DNA from: Mobula hypostoma
Lineage: Eukaryota
Direction of reading: 5' to 3'
Length of the DNA: 64,000 bases
Assembly (NCBI RefSeq): GCF_963921235.1
Contig: NC_086098.1
Location: 7,130,001 to 7,194,000 of the forward strand
In this document: one piece after another, positions 33,478 to 47,334 of the stretch
Layout of the letters: the number at the start of each line of letters is the position of its first letter
Numbering within the stretch: the first letter of the stretch is position 1
The notes under the pieces: generated by a model
Database searches by the model: none
What the model saw: only the letters and a program-made list of their open reading frames with translations
What the model was told of the DNA's origin: nothing
Translations under genes and position numbers: made by a program

Positions 33478-36164
33478 GCGCCTCTTCCTATAGATGCTGC
33501 TTGGCCTGCTGCGTTCACCAGCAACTTTGATGTATGTTGCTTTAATATCCTTGCAGACAGGTTTGTTAGCGCTGTTGCGAGTGGTTTAAACCAATATGGT
33601 AGGGAGATGGGAACCAATATGATAAAGCTGAGGATGAGCCAGCAGATTTACAAGTAGATGTTCGGCGTATTATGAATGTAAGGAAGGACAAGCCAATGAC
33701 TGGGTACAACTGCAGACAGAGCAAAGAGTTAAATCGTACTGCGGAGGCAAAATTCATAAGGCTGAAGAACGCAGGACTGAAGATACGGTATTTAAATATC
33801 CGTCGCATTCTGAATAAGGTGAACGGACTCGTGGTGCAATTAGAGATTGGTCAGTATGACGTTGTGGGCATCACTGAGTCGTAGCTGAAAGAAGGCCATA
33901 GTTGGGAGTTTAACATCAAAGGATATACTTTCTATCAAAAGGACAGGCAGGAAGGCGTAGGTGGTGGTGTGGCTCTGTTGGTAGGAGATGGAATTACATC
34001 ATTAGAAAGAGATGACATGGGGTCAGAGAACGTTGAATCTTTGTGGGTGGAGTTAAGAACCTGCAAGGGCAAAAAACATTATGGAAATCATATATAGGCC
34101 TCCAAATAGTACCAATATATGGGGTTGGGAATGCAAAGGGAGCTGGAAAAGGCATATAATAAGGGTTATTACACAATGTAATGGGGGACTTCAATATGTA
34201 AAGGAATTAGGAAAATGAGATTGGTAGCGGATCACAAGAGAGGGAATTTGTGGAGTGACTATGAAATGGTTTTTTAGAGCAGCTTGTGCTTGAGCCTCAT
34301 AGGGGAAAGACTATCTTAGGTTGGGTGTTGTGTAATAACCCAGATCTTATTAGGAAGCTTAATGTAAAGGAATCCTTAGGAGGTAGTGATCATAATATGA
34401 TTGAATTTATACTGCAACTTGAGAGGGAGAAGCATAAGTCAGTATCGTAATGAAATAAAGTGAATTACAGAGGCATAAGAGAGGAGCTTGCCCAGGTGGA
34501 TTGGAGGAGGATAACGTCAGGGATGATGGCAGAGCAGAGATGGCTGAAGTTTCTGGGAATAGTTCACAAAGCGCAGGACAGATATGTCCCACAGAAGAAA
34601 TTCCCAAACGGCAGGGGTCGGAAACCATGGCTGACAAGGGAAGTTAAGGGCTGCATAAAAGCCAAGGAAAAGATATATAGGGTAGCAAAAGTGAGTGGGA
34701 AGCTGGATGATTGGGAAGCTTTTAAAATCCAATAAAAACCAACTAAAAAAACTGTAAGAAGGGAAAAGATGAAATATGTGGGCAAACTAGCTGATGGTAA
34801 ATGCTTTTTCAGTTTATAATGAGTAAAAGGGAGGTGAGAATTGACATTGGACCACTGGAAAATGATGCTGGTGAGGTAGTACTGGGGGACACAGAAATGG
34901 CAGATGAATTTAATGAGTAACTTGCTTCAGTCTTCACTGTGGAAGACACTAGCAATGTGTCAGAGGTCTGTGAGTATCAGGGAGCAGGAGTAAGTGCCAT
35001 TGCTATTACAAAGGAAAACTAATGCTGGGCAAACTGAACGGCTGTAAGGTGGATAGGTTGCCTGGACCAGATGGACTACATCCCAGAGTCCTGAGAAAGG
35101 TTGCTGAAGAGATAACAAATGCATTGGTCATGATCTTTCAAGAATCACTCGATTCTGGCATGGTCCCAGAGGACTGGAAAATTGCAAATGTCACTCCACT
35201 CTTTAAGAAGGGAGGAAGGTAAAAGAAAGGAAATTTTAGACCAGTTAGCATAACCTCAGTGGCTGGGAAAGTGTTGGAGTCCATTAAGGACTTGGTATTG
35301 GGGTACTTGGAGACTAATGATAAAATAAGTCAAAGTCAGCATGGTTTCTGTCAAGGTAAACCTTGCCTGACAAATCTGTTAGAATTCTTTGAGGAAGTAA
35401 CAAGCAGGGTGGACAAAGGAGAGGTCATTTACTTGGGTTTTCAGAAGGCATTTGATAAATCCTATGGTGTTACAGGAAATATATTGGCATATATAGTGGA
35501 ATGGCTGACAGGTACCAGGCAGTGAGTGGGAATAAAGGGGGCCTTTTCTGGTTGGCCGCCTCAGGGGACCACTACTTTTCACGTTGTTTGTCAATGATTT
35601 AGATAGTGGAACTGATGGCATTGTGACCAAGTTTGTGGATGATGTGAAGATAGCTGGAGGGGTAGGTGGTGCTGAGGAAGCAATGCGATTGCAGCAGGAC
35701 TTAGACAAATTGGAAGAATGGGGAAAAAGTGGCAGATGGAATACAGTGTTAGGAAATGTATGATAATACATTTTGGTAAAAGGAACAATAGTGCAGACTA
35801 TTATCTAAATGGGGAGAAGATTCAAACAGCAGAGGTGCAGAGGGACTTAGGAGTCCTCGTGCAAGACTCCCAGAAGGTTAATTTATAGGTTCTGTGTGTG
35901 GCAAAGAAGGCAAATGCAATGTTGGCATTTATTTCAAGAGAAGCAGAATACAAAAGCAACGCTGCCCCTTTATAAGACATTAGTTAGTCCACACTTGGAG
36001 TATTTATTGTCAACAGTTTTAACCATAAGACCATAAGACATAGAAGCAGAATTCAGCCACTCATCCTATTTGAGAACTTCGTCCTCTGTGGGACATGTCC
36101 ATGCTGTGCCTTGTGAACTATTCCCAGAAACTTCAGCCATCTCTGCTCTGCCATCATCCCCACC

Positions 36165-36940
36165 AGTATTATCATTGGACAGAGTCCAGAGGAGGTTCAC
36201 ACAGATGATTCCAGGAGCGAAGGTGTTAACATATGAGGGGCATTTGGCAGCTTTGGGCCTGTACTCACTGGAACTTAGAAGAATGCGGGGGGATCTCATT
36301 GAAATCTATCGAATGTTGAAAGACCTCAGTGGAGTGAATGTGGAGAGAATGTTTCCTATAATGAGGGAGTCAGTGACCAGAGGGCACAGCCTCAGAACGG
36401 AGGGACATCCATTTAGAATAGAGATGAGGAAGAATTGCTTTTGTCAGTGAGCGGTGAATCTGCATAATTCATTGCCACCGACAGCTGTGGAGGCTGAGAC
36501 ATTTGACGAAGCAGAAGTTGAAAGATTCTTGTTTAGTGAGGGGATGAAGGGTTATGGAGACTGGGGATGGGAGGAAAATGGATCGGCTACGATGAAATGG
36601 CAGAGAGGTTGGATGGGACAACAACTAGAGGTCCTGAGTTTAAGGGGAACATGAGGGGAAACTCATAACTCGAAGGGTAATGAGAGTGTGGAATGAGTTG
36701 CCAGTACAAGTGGTGCATGTGAGGTCAATTTCAATGTTTTTAGAGAAGTTTGGATAGGTATATTGATAGTAGGTGTATGAAGGGCTATGGTCCCAATGCA
36801 GGTCGATAGGACTAGGCAGTTGAAGTGGCGCAGCGTAGATTAGATGGGCTGAACTAACTGATTCTATGCTGTACTTCTCTATGACTCTTTGACTCGATGG
36901 GCCAAAAGGCCTAATTCTATTCTTATACCTTATGGTCTTA
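36165..36940 (+). mobile_element. CR1 3' fragments (nested)
   Basis: LDRVQRRFTQMIPG..LGLYSLELRRMRGDL, with a second CR1 3' end inserted at about 36620-36895. Confidence 0.75.
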
Positions 36941-37879
36941 TGAGTTACTGCCTTGCAGAATTGTCTTTGGATATAAACTGTGTTGTGAAAATTGTGAATA
37001 TTTTTCCACCTGTTTTAGCTTCTCATCCCACCCACAAAGATTCTTAATTGCTTTGAAAGGGTTTTGCATTCCTGTTGTGTAGGTGTAAGTAGTGAGGCAT
37101 TGTCACAGTTTTGGTCTCTGATTTCTAATCTTCTAAGGAGCTTACTAACTTTGATAGAACAGTACAAGAAGGAAGGTGAATATACTTCCAACTATTGTGC
37201 AATCTGACAGAAGAGGACAGATATTCTTGCTGTGAAAGGGTTTATATCTGAAGAGAATTCCAGTCTTTCAAAGAGAAACAATAACATGGAATTAGTTGTT
37301 TGTGTTGTGGACAGAGAGAATTAAACACAGCTTGTGTGCACTTTGTGTGACAAATATTAGAATGTGAATTGTTAATTGAATCAGCTTTGTCTAACAACTT
37401 GTTAAAACCACCGCTAGGTTTGTGCGAGCTAGTTAAGATTTAGCTTGGGACAAAATTCCAGTGTGGGCCCTCGCTTAGAAGACATGACAGATAGCATTAA
37501 GTCACTGGTTACTATTTACCAAACCAACTCCAGAGTTAGCATAGTTGAAGGGCACAGTCCAACCACAGGAGTTTGCACTCCTTATTAGTATAATAAGACT
37601 GTATGTTCTCAAAGAAACCAGTAAATTCCTTACCTTGTCAATTCTAACTATTTAAATTATCTGATCCTGTTCGTTGTGGTGCAGCATTTTGTGTTGTTAA
37701 AACACCAGAGTATCATTTACCAGTTCAAACTATATTCCAAGTTTTGATTCATAGGGGAGCCTGTGATTTTCAACTTTTGCAATTCTTCAATCGTCCTTTC
37801 TTACTAAGGACAAACACAAGCTTGTCAAACAATGTGGATAGGTATATTGAAGCTGCAATATTTTCTTTGCCATACTTCG

Positions 37880-38135
37880 GGTGACACGATAGTCTAACGG
37901 TTAGCGTAACGCTAATACAGCAACAGCGACCCAGGTTCAATTCTACGAGTGTCTTTAAGGAGCTTGTATTTTCTCCCCATGACTAAATCGGTTTCCTCTG
38001 AGAGCTCCGGTTTCTCCCCACATTCCAAAAATGTACCGGTTAGTAGGTTGATTTGTCACATGAGCGTAATTGGGCAGTACAGACTTGTCGGGCCGAAAAG
38101 ACTTGGTACTGTGCTGTATCTCTAAGTAAATAAAT
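37880..38135 (+). mobile_element. V-SINE/HE1-like tRNA-derived SINE
   Basis: A-box-like TAGTCTAACGGTTAG, B-box GGTTCAATTC, central GCTCCGGTTTCTCCCCACATTCCAAA and tail GTGCTGTATCTCTAAGTAAATAAA. Confidence 0.8.
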
Positions 38136-38907
38136 GGCCCAAAATAGGAATTAATTTTAGATATTGCCAGTACTTTTCACATGTGAAGACAGGAATGACA
38201 ATGGCCTGTCATATCAGTCTATATAGTGGCTTCACACAAGGTCATTTCACTACCACGTCCAGCAATTATAAGGGTCAATTTGTTCCACAGGGAATCAGTA
38301 GTAGCGGAATTGTCATCCATTTCAAGGACAGAGTTGTGGCCGATGGTTGTTCCCAATGCACTGCATGAGTTGTAAAAGTTTCATCAAGTCTAGAGAGCTG
38401 CGGAATTGAAATAAGTCCTTCAGAGGCTTTATTAGGAGTTTGAGGAGATTTGGCATGGCACCAAAGATGCTTGAAAATTTCTACAGATATACCATGGTGA
38501 GCATTCTAACTGGCTGCATCACAGCCTGTTGGGGTGGGGGGACGGTGTGGGTGGCCACTGCACAGGTCGATATCAGCTGCTGAAAGTTGTGAACTCAGAT
38601 GGCTCCATCATAGGCACAAGTCTCCCCAGCATCCAGGACATCTTCAAGGAGTGATGCCTAAAAAGGCAGCATCCATTAGTAAGAACTCCCATCATCTATG
38701 ACATGACCTCTTCTCATAGCTACCATCAGGATGGAGGTACAGGAGCCTGAGGGTACACACTCAGAGAGAGATCCAGGAATAGCTTTCTCCCCTCTACTAT
38801 CAGATGTCTAAATGGACAATGAACCCATGAACACCACCTCACTACTTTTTTTTGTCTTTTTGCACTATTTATTTAATTTAACTTTATATATATATACATT
38901 TACTGAA

Positions 38908-39286
38908 ATTTGGTTCATTCATTATGTGCCGTGTCATATCATATGGGTGATCATGGTCTTTCCATGACCATGATTGTTCTTGGCAAATTTCTCTACAGAT
39001 GTGGTTTGGCATTGCCTTCTTTCTGGGCAGTGTCTTTACAAGATGGTTGACGCCAGGCATTATCAATACTCCTCAGGGATTGTCTGCCTGGTGTCAGTGG
39101 TTGCACATCCAGGACTTGTGATCTGTACCAGCTGCTCATACGACCATCCACCACCTGTTCCCATGGTTTCACATGACTCTGATCAGGGCCTAAGTAGGTG
39201 ATGCACCTTGTCCAAGGGTGACCTGCAGAAAGTGGAGGGAAGGAGCACCCTACACCTCCTTTGGTAGAGATGTATCTCCACCCCAC
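38908..39286 (-). mobile_element. Non-autonomous RTE-tailed short element (family A, second copy)
   Basis: The reverse complement aligns by eye with 994-1378 over its full length. Confidence 0.7.
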
Positions 39287-41924
39287 TATCTTAACTGTAA
39301 TTTACAGTTTTTGTTATTATGTGTTGCAATGTACAGCTGCCACATAACAACAAATATCACAATATTTGCCGGTGATATTAAAACTGATTCTGATTCAGTC
39401 TATGCTGAACTGTTAGTCTGCCTAGTCCCACCAACCTGCACCTGGACCATAGCCTTTCTTTTGTGCGTGTTTCTCAGGAAACTTTACAGTCATTTTTCAA
39501 GTCCAAGTTCAAGTTTCATTATCATTCAACCATACCTGAATGTAGGTAAACAAAACAATGTTCCTGCAGGGCCAAGATGCAAAATACATTACCAATGGCA
39601 CATAGAACATAGCACAAACTACACATATGGTTACCAATTCAGAAAAACAGTCACGAAGTAAAAACATAATGTTGCCCAAGTCCCTGAGGGGCATGATTGC
39701 AGATTGTCCTGGTACTCCACAACACCACTTCACAACTAACAGAAAACCACACCTTCCACTCTGATGTTGACTGTATTTGCATAAAGATGAAGTTCAAAGA
39801 CAACAGCCAATTACGGACCAACCCAAATGCTCAGCGTTTTTACTAGACTGAGTTTTCTAATTGCCCATAAGGTCAACTGGATAGGAAGATTTACATCCAT
39901 AACACACAGGAGCAGAATTAGTCTACTTAGCTGACTGAGTCTGCTACACTGTGGCTAATTTATTATCTCTCTCAACCTTCTCTTGCTTTTTCCCTGTAAC
40001 CTTTGATACCCTTACTAATCAAGAACCTATCAACATCTACTTCAAATATACCCAGCCGCCTGTGGCAATGAATTCCACAGATTCGCCACCCTCTGGCTAA
40101 ACTCCAGCGATTACATGCCCAGAATTAACAAACGCTCCTCATGCATTAACACTTTCATTCCCAGGATCATTCTTGTGAATCTCCTCTGGCTACTCTTCAA
40201 TGTCAACATGTCTTTTCATGGATAATCAGCCCAAACACGCTCCCAATATTTCAAGTGAGGTCTCACCAGTGCCTTATAAGGTCTTGCTTTTATATTCTAG
40301 TCCTCCTGAAATGAATGTTAACATTGCGTTTGCCTTCCTCACCACTGACTCAACCTGCATGTTAATCTTTAGGGAATCCTGCATGAGGACTCCCAAGTAC
40401 ATTTGCACCTCTGATCTTTGCAGAGGGTGGTTAGGGGAGCAGAGAAGGTTATTGGGGTCTCCCTACCTTCTGTCCAAGACCTCTTTCAGAGTCGATGCCT
40501 CCAGAAGACACGGTACATCATTAAAGACCCCTCACACCCTCTCCATGAACATCAGGCAAACATTACAGGAGCATCAAAACTAAAACCACAAGGCTACTAA
40601 ACAGCTTCCTCCCACAGGCAGTCAGACTGCTAAATAGCTGCTCCACCTGACTCTGCTTTGGGCACTTTTAACTTGCACTGGACACTTATAACTGATTTAA
40701 CTGACATGTGGCTGTTGTGTTTTACTATTTATTGTTATGTTTATTATTTAGTGTTGCGTTTGTTATGTTATGATTGCACTGCCCCTGAGAAACGCTGTCT
40801 CATTCTGCCCTGCAGAGCTGATGTATGGTTAGAATGACAATGAAGTTTTTTGAATCTTGAATCTTTCTTTCCATTTAGAAAATAGTCCATGCCTTTATTA
40901 CGTGAAATGTCTTGAGTTCAATCTCCTTATAAGGTGTTGAGTTAACTTCAGCCATCAAAAAGTGCATCTGTTTGGAGAAGGGGAATAAATAAGAATTGGT
41001 TGAAATAAAAAATTATTAAGTCAGGCTCTGTCCATGAAATGCCTGGCACCCTTACTACAGAAAAATGGCATATAATTTAAGTTAGTTAGTTAAGCCCATC
41101 ACCTTCACTGCTGTCGACAGCAACTCACCTGAGTTCTTTGTCCCGGGCCAGTCTTTCAAGTTGACCCTAGGTGTCTTCTAAGCGAAGATTTGTTCTCTCG
41201 CAGGAATAATGTCTTTGGAACTTCTGTTAGTGTTCTGTAGGGCTGGGTTTTTACAGGATGGGGTCGCTTGCTCTATGCAAAACCCTCCTCTAGTTGCATC
41301 TATGGCAGAGTTAAATAATTCAAGTGACAGAGATTTAAAATAAAAAAAAGAATGCAGAGTCTTTGATATAAAACATTAATTTGGTTTTCTTTCTGCAAAT
41401 TCTGTCTGACCCATTGTATGCTTCCAGCAATTTTTCCTTTAATCTAAATGACAATCAGCTGATTAACGATCCTCTGGGCATCCAGTGCCAGCATGCACTT
41501 CATTATCTTTACTTTGAAGATGTCTTGTGCTAAGTTCTGATAAAACTAGCATTCCAACTGAATACAAGAGATTCTGCAATGCTGGAAATCTCGAGCAACA
41601 CACATAGAAAATGATGGAGGAGCTCAGCAGGTAAAGCAACATTTATGGAGAGGAATAACCACTGGGGTTTTGGGGCCGAGACACTTCATTGACATTGTGT
41701 GTTTAATATTCCAGTAATAGTTGAAATGGGTAAAATTATGAATATATTGTTTGATTAAGCATGCTTTGTTGTTTACATAATTCATTATGGGTTATATGTA
41801 AAATTACATGAATGGCATACGTCATCATGTCACCGTGTCCTGTGCGCATACCTCACGAAAAGTAAAACTAAGAGTGGATGTGGGTTTTTCTTTCAATTAG
41901 TCTTTGTAGTTAATAACAACAAAA

Positions 41925-43117
41925 ACACCTATGTCAGGATGCTGTTCATCGACTATAGCTCAGCATTTAACACCATCATTCCCACAGTCCTGATTGAGAT
42001 GCTGCAGAACCTGGGCCTCTGTACCTCCCTCTGCAATTGGATCCTCGACTTCCTAACCGAAAGACCACAATCTGTGTGGATTGGTGATAACATCTCCTCC
42101 TCGCCGATAATCAACACTGGCGCACCTCAGAGGTGTGTGCTTAGCCCACCGCTCTACTCTCTATCTACACATGACTGTGTGGCTAGGCATAGCTGAAATA
42201 CCATCTATAAATTTGCTGACGACACAACCATTGTTGGTAGAATCTCAGGCAGTGATGAGAGGGCGTACAGGAGTGCGATATGTCAACTAGTGGAGTGGTG
42301 CCACAGCAACAACCTGGCACTCAACGTCAGTAAGACAAAAGAGCTGATTGTGGACTTCAGGAAGGGTAGGACGAAGGAACTCATACCAATCCTCACAGAG
42401 AGATCAGAAGTGGAGAGTGTAAGCAGCTTCAAGTTCCTGGGTGTCAAGATCTCTGAGAATGTAACCTGGTCCCAACATATCGATGTAGATATAAAGAAGG
42501 CAAGACAGCGACTATACTTTATTAGGAGTTTGAAGAGATTTTGTATGTCAACAAATACACTCAAAACCTTCTATAGATGTACCGTGGAGAGCATTCTGAC
42601 AGGCTGCATCACTGTCTGATATGGAGGGGCTACTGCACTGAACCAGAAGAAGCTGCAGTGGGTTGTAAATCTAGTCAGTTCCATCTTGGATACTAGCCTA
42701 CAAAGTACCCAGGACATATTTAGGGAGTGGTGTCTCAGAAAGGCAGCGTCCATTATTAAGGACCTCCAGCACCCAGGGCATGCCCTTTTCTCGCTGTTAC
42801 CATCAGGATGGAGGGACAGAAGCCTGAGGGCACACAATCAGCGATTCAGGAACAGCTTCTTCCCCTCTGCCATCAGATTCCTAAATGGACATTGAACCCT
42901 TAGACACTACCTCACGTTTTTTACTATACAGTATTTCCGTTTTTACACATTTTTAACTTATTCAATATATGTATACTGTAATTGATTGATTTATTATTAT
43001 TATTTTAATTTTACTCATTTTTATTTCTCTTCTATATTACATATTGCATTGAACTGCTGCTGCTAAGTTAACAAATTTCACGTCACATGCCGGTGATAAT
43101 AAGCCTGATTCTGATTC
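41925..43117 (+). mobile_element. Rex1/Babar-type LINE, RT to 3' end
   Basis: [51 protein letters not shown]; ends (GATTCT)n. Confidence 0.88.
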
Positions 43118-43383
43118 TCCAGACTGCACAGGAAGCGATTAGAAGCCAGAATAAGAAGATGGGGGAACACTGAAACTTCAGCTGCTTTTTTCCTCTTTCA
43201 TAGATGTTGCCGAGTTGTGAATCCCTCCAACATTTTGTTACTCCAACTTAATTTTTCAGTTAGGTCACCTCATAAAGTTCTTTAATGCCTTATTAAGTAT
43301 TATCCCCCATTAAACATTTTGGAAAAATTATATAATTGCCACCTTAATACTCTGAGAAGTGGTGTTTCAAGAGCAGCGTCGGC

Positions 43384-43825
43384 TGTGAGAATATGTGTAA
43401 GGAAGGGGTTAAATGTGAATCCTTCTTGGAATATGCTAAAATGAAATGGAAGTAGTAAGACAAAATGGCATTAGCTTGGACTGGGATTGTTTAGAGAAAG
43501 TACAAGAGAACCAGTCCACAGCAACGTTTTGAGAAAATTAAGGAAGTACAAGTCTGCAGCCAGAACAGTAGAAAGTAGTGAAAAACATGTTTGTCTGGTC
43601 TGAAGGTCGTGAGAGATATAGGAGGGTGCAGCCAATACCACCAAGAAGGAGAAATACTTCAAGGGGTTTTGGAGGGTATAAAAAAAGGGTACAGTACTTT
43701 CTTCGTGCAGGGGGACGTGAGTTTTGTCATAGGCTGGATTACAGCTTGTTCCGAGATAGGAAACAGTACATCGATTAGAGAGGCGGACAGAGAGAGACAG
43801 AGAGAGAGAAACACACACACAGAGG

Positions 43826-43866
<41 letters not shown>

Positions 43867-44115
43867 AGAGAAAAAAGGCTGCATGTAAGATTTATTGGAT
43901 CTATGGCCCCCTCTGACAATGCAGAGAGCAGCAATCAGGTTTTTTTAGTGGATGATAAGTATTATTTTGATTTCTGTAGTGCCACTACTGTAGACTTCTG
44001 TTTTCTTTCTGTACTGCACTTGTGCTACTTCTAATAAAGTGTTTTCTTGTGGTTTAACATGTGTGAAGTGTCTCCTTTGTTGGCGGATGCATATGCAAAC
44101 ACCCCGAGTTTGACT
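43384..44115 (+). mobile_element. Possible solo LTR with internal (AG)n
   Basis: TG start, AGGGGTTAA, TATA-like GGTATAAAAA at about 43675 and AATAAA at about 44033. No TSD identified. Confidence 0.35.
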
Positions 44116-46238
44116 AATGAAGGACACATAATGAGATTTAAATAAATTTCTGTTGCAGTATGTACTGTATCTTTTCAAGTGCTCAGACTGTCATCATCTG
44201 TATATTCTACTTACCAGCCAAGCTTTACATAGTCACTGGAAGGGAATCACCAGGCTGGCCAAGCCAGGCTGAAGTAGGCGTTTAGAAGAATGAGGGGGGA
44301 TCTCATTGAAACGTATTGAATATTGAAAGGCCTAGATAGAGTGGATGTGGAGAGGATGTTTCCAGTAGTGGAGAGTCTAGGACCAGAGGACACAGCCTCA
44401 GATAACAAGGACATCTCTTTAGAAAACAAATGAGGAGCAATTTCTTTAGCTAGTGGGTGGTGAATCTATGGAATTCATTGCCAAAGATGACTGTGGAGGC
44501 CAAGTCATTGGGTATAATTAAAGTGGAGGTTGATTGTTTCTTGCTTAGTAAAGTTACAGGGAGAAAGCAGGAGAATGAGATTGAGAGTGAAAATAAATCA
44601 GCCATGATGGAATGGCGGAGAAAACTCGTTGGGCCAAATAGCCCAATTCTGTCTCTATAACTTAGAGTTAGAGAGTCGTAGAAGGCCTTTTGACCCATAT
44701 AATCTGTACCTGCACTGACCTGCACTGGGACCATAGCCCTCCAAACCACTTCAATCCATGTACCGATCCAAACTTCTCTTCGATGTTGAAATCAAGCTGA
44801 TTTCACACTCTCGACCCATTGAGTGAAGAAGTTTCCCCTTGTATTCTCCTTTAACTTTTCACCTTTCACCTTTCACACTTAACCCATGACCTCTTGTAGT
44901 CCCACCCAACCTCAGTGGAAAAAACCTGCTTGCATCTACCCTCATAATTTTGTATACCTCTATTGAATCTCCCTTCAATACTCCACATTCCAAGGAATAA
45001 ACCCCTAACCTATTCAATCTTTCCTTATAACTCAGATCCTCTAGACCTGGCAACATTCTTGTAAATTTCTTCTGTAGTCTTTCAACCTTATTTACATCTT
45101 TCCCGTAGGTTGGTGACGAAAACTGCACACACAATACTCCAAATTAGGCCTCACCAACGTCTTATGTTATACAACTTCAACATAACATCTCAACTCCTGT
45201 ACTCAATACTTTAATTTTTGAAGGCCAATGTACCAGAAGCTTTCTTTACAACCCTATCTACCTGTACTGGCACCCTCAATAAATTATGTACCTGTATTCC
45301 CAGATGTAGCAGGATCCTCTTTTGAGTCAATATGGGTGGAAGTCAGGAACAGGAAGGGAGCAGTTACTGTATTGGGGGTACTCTATAGGCCCCCTGGTAG
45401 CAGCAGAGATACAGAGGAGCGGATTGGGAGGCAGATTTTCGAAAGGTGCAAAAATAACAGGGTTGTTATCATGGATGACTTTAACTTCCCTAATATTGAT
45501 TGGCACCTGATTAGTTCCAAGGGTTTAGATGGGGCAGAGTTTGTTAAGTGTGTCCAGGACGGATTCCTGTCACAGTATGTGGACAGGCCGACCAGGGGGA
45601 ATGCCATACTAGATCTAGTACTAGATAATGAACCGGGTCAGGTCACAGATCTCTCAGTGGGTGAGCATCTGGGGGACAGTGACCACCGCTCCCTGGCCTT
45701 TATAATTATCATGGAAAAGGATAGAATCAAAGAGGACAGGAAAATTTTTAATTGGGGAAAGGCAAATTATGAGGCTATAAGGCTAGAACTTGTGGGTGTG
45801 AATTGGGATGATGTTTTTGCAGGGAAATGTACTATGGACATGTGGTCGATGTTTAGAGATCTCTTGCAGGATGTAAGGGATAAATTTGTCCTGGTGAGGA
45901 AGATAAAGAATGGTAGGGTGAAGGAACCATGGGTGACAAATGAGGTGGAAAACCTAGTTAGGAGGGGGAAGGCAGCATACATGAGGTTTAGGAAGCAAGG
46001 ATCAAATGGGTCTATTGAGGAATATAGGGAAGCAAGAAGGGGGCATGAGAAGGCCTTGGCGAGTTGTTTGTCCATCGTTGACGTTGATGAGGACCTCGAC
46101 ACCATTATGATGGTGTTGAGACTAGCGCGTGATTTGGATTTAAGTGAGGGAGAGTTGCCAAGCGTCAGCCTCACTCTCTCTTCCCAATTCCCATCTGGAT
46201 CCAGTGGCAAGACAGAGTCTAGACGGCTGGAGATGGGA

Positions 46239-47141
46239 CATAGAAACATAGAAACACAGAAAATAGGTGCAGGAATAGGCCATTCGGCCCTTTGAGTATG
46301 ATCATGGCTGATCATCCAACTCAGAACCCTGCCCCGCCATTCAGTATGATCATGGCTGATCATCCAACTCAGAACCCTGCCCCAGCCTTCCCTCCATACC
46401 CCCGATCCCTTTAGCCACAAGGGCCATATCTAACTCCCTCTTAAATATAGCCAATGAACTGGCCTCAACTGTTTCCTGTGGCAGAGAATTCCACAGATTC
46501 ACCACTCTCTGTGTGAAGAAGTTTTTTCCTAATCTCAGTCCTAAAAGGCTTCCCCTTTATCCTCAAACTGTGACCCCTCGTTCTGGACTTCCCCAACATT
46601 GGGAACAATCTTCCTGCATCTAGCCTGTCCAATCCCTTTAGGATTTTATACGTTTCAATAAGGTCCCCCCTCAATCTTCTAAATTCCAACGAGTACAAGC
46701 CCAGTTCATCCAGTCTTTCATCATATGAAAGTCCTGCCATCCCAGGAATCAATCTGGTGAACCTTCTTTGTACTCCCTCTATGGCAAGGATATCTTTCCT
46801 CAGATTAGGGGACCAAAACTGCACACAATACTCCAGGTATGGTCTCACCAAGGCCTTGTACAACTGCAGTAGTACCTCCCTGCTCCTGTACTCAAATCCT
46901 CTCGCTATAAATGCCAGCATACCATTCGCCTTTTTCACCGCCTGCTGTACCTGCATGCCCACTTTCAATGACTGGTGTATAATGACACCCAGGTCTCGTT
47001 GCATCTCCCCTTCTCCTAATCGGCCACCATTCAGATAATAATCTGTTTCCTATTTTTGCCACCAAAGTGGATAACTTCACATTTATCCACATTAAATTGC
47101 ATCTGCCATGAATTTGCCCACTCACCCAACCTATCCAAGTC
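46239..47141 (-). mobile_element. Young CR1 3' fragment nested in family C element
   Basis: 179-aa RT C-terminus; same family as 23075-23540 and 1-170. Confidence 0.9.
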
Positions 47142-47334
47142 TAGGCGCAGTGGATGACCAGGACGTCTTCTGTGCCTTGTCCTGCTTTACATGTTCCACG
47201 ACGCTTGCAGAGACCGCCTTCTTGACCGTTGGACCTTCCATTGGTCTCGTCCGCTCAATCCGCCGGAGTCTGTCTTCACATGCTGGGATAGACAACTCCC
47301 TATCTCACTGAGGGTTTGAGACCCGTCGGCTACC

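Larger units (their letters stand above)
30411..33542 (-). mobile_element. Penelope-like element (Neptune-type), 5'-truncated with inverted pLTR
   Basis: TSD TAATATCCTTGCA at 30398-30410 and 33543-33555. About 385-bp inverted repeats at 30443-30829 and 33155-33542. Contains an RT plus GIY-YIG ORF. Confidence 0.95.
29040..36020 (+). mobile_element. Near full-length degenerate CR1 LINE (ORF1 coiled-coil/esterase plus ORF2 APE-RT) with two nested insertions
   Basis: ORF1 remnants QLLRDRVRELELQLDDLR..VPLTNKYSIL..VGNTIVRGTDR. ORF2 remnants YDVVGITES, PGPDGLHPRVL, DWKIANVTPLFKKG, QHGFCQGKPCLTNLLEFFEEV. Many stops. Confidence 0.85.

Noticed and set aside
30411..33542. DNA transposon or LTR element because of long terminal repeats
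   Set aside because: The protein is a PLE RT plus GIY-YIG, and the inverted repeat is a pLTR inversion offset from the true end.
41695..41920. Possible short solo LTR, related to about 19163-19310 (-)
   Set aside because: Similarity is weak by eye and neither TSD nor internal region could be established, so it is not listed as a feature.
43471..44034. Overlapping 137-147 aa ORFs
   Set aside because: They span an (AG)n tract in a possible solo LTR and show no recognisable protein motif.
45228..46295. 355-aa ORF as a host nuclease gene
   Set aside because: It is a CR1 APE endonuclease remnant fused by chance to flanking TE sequence at both ends.
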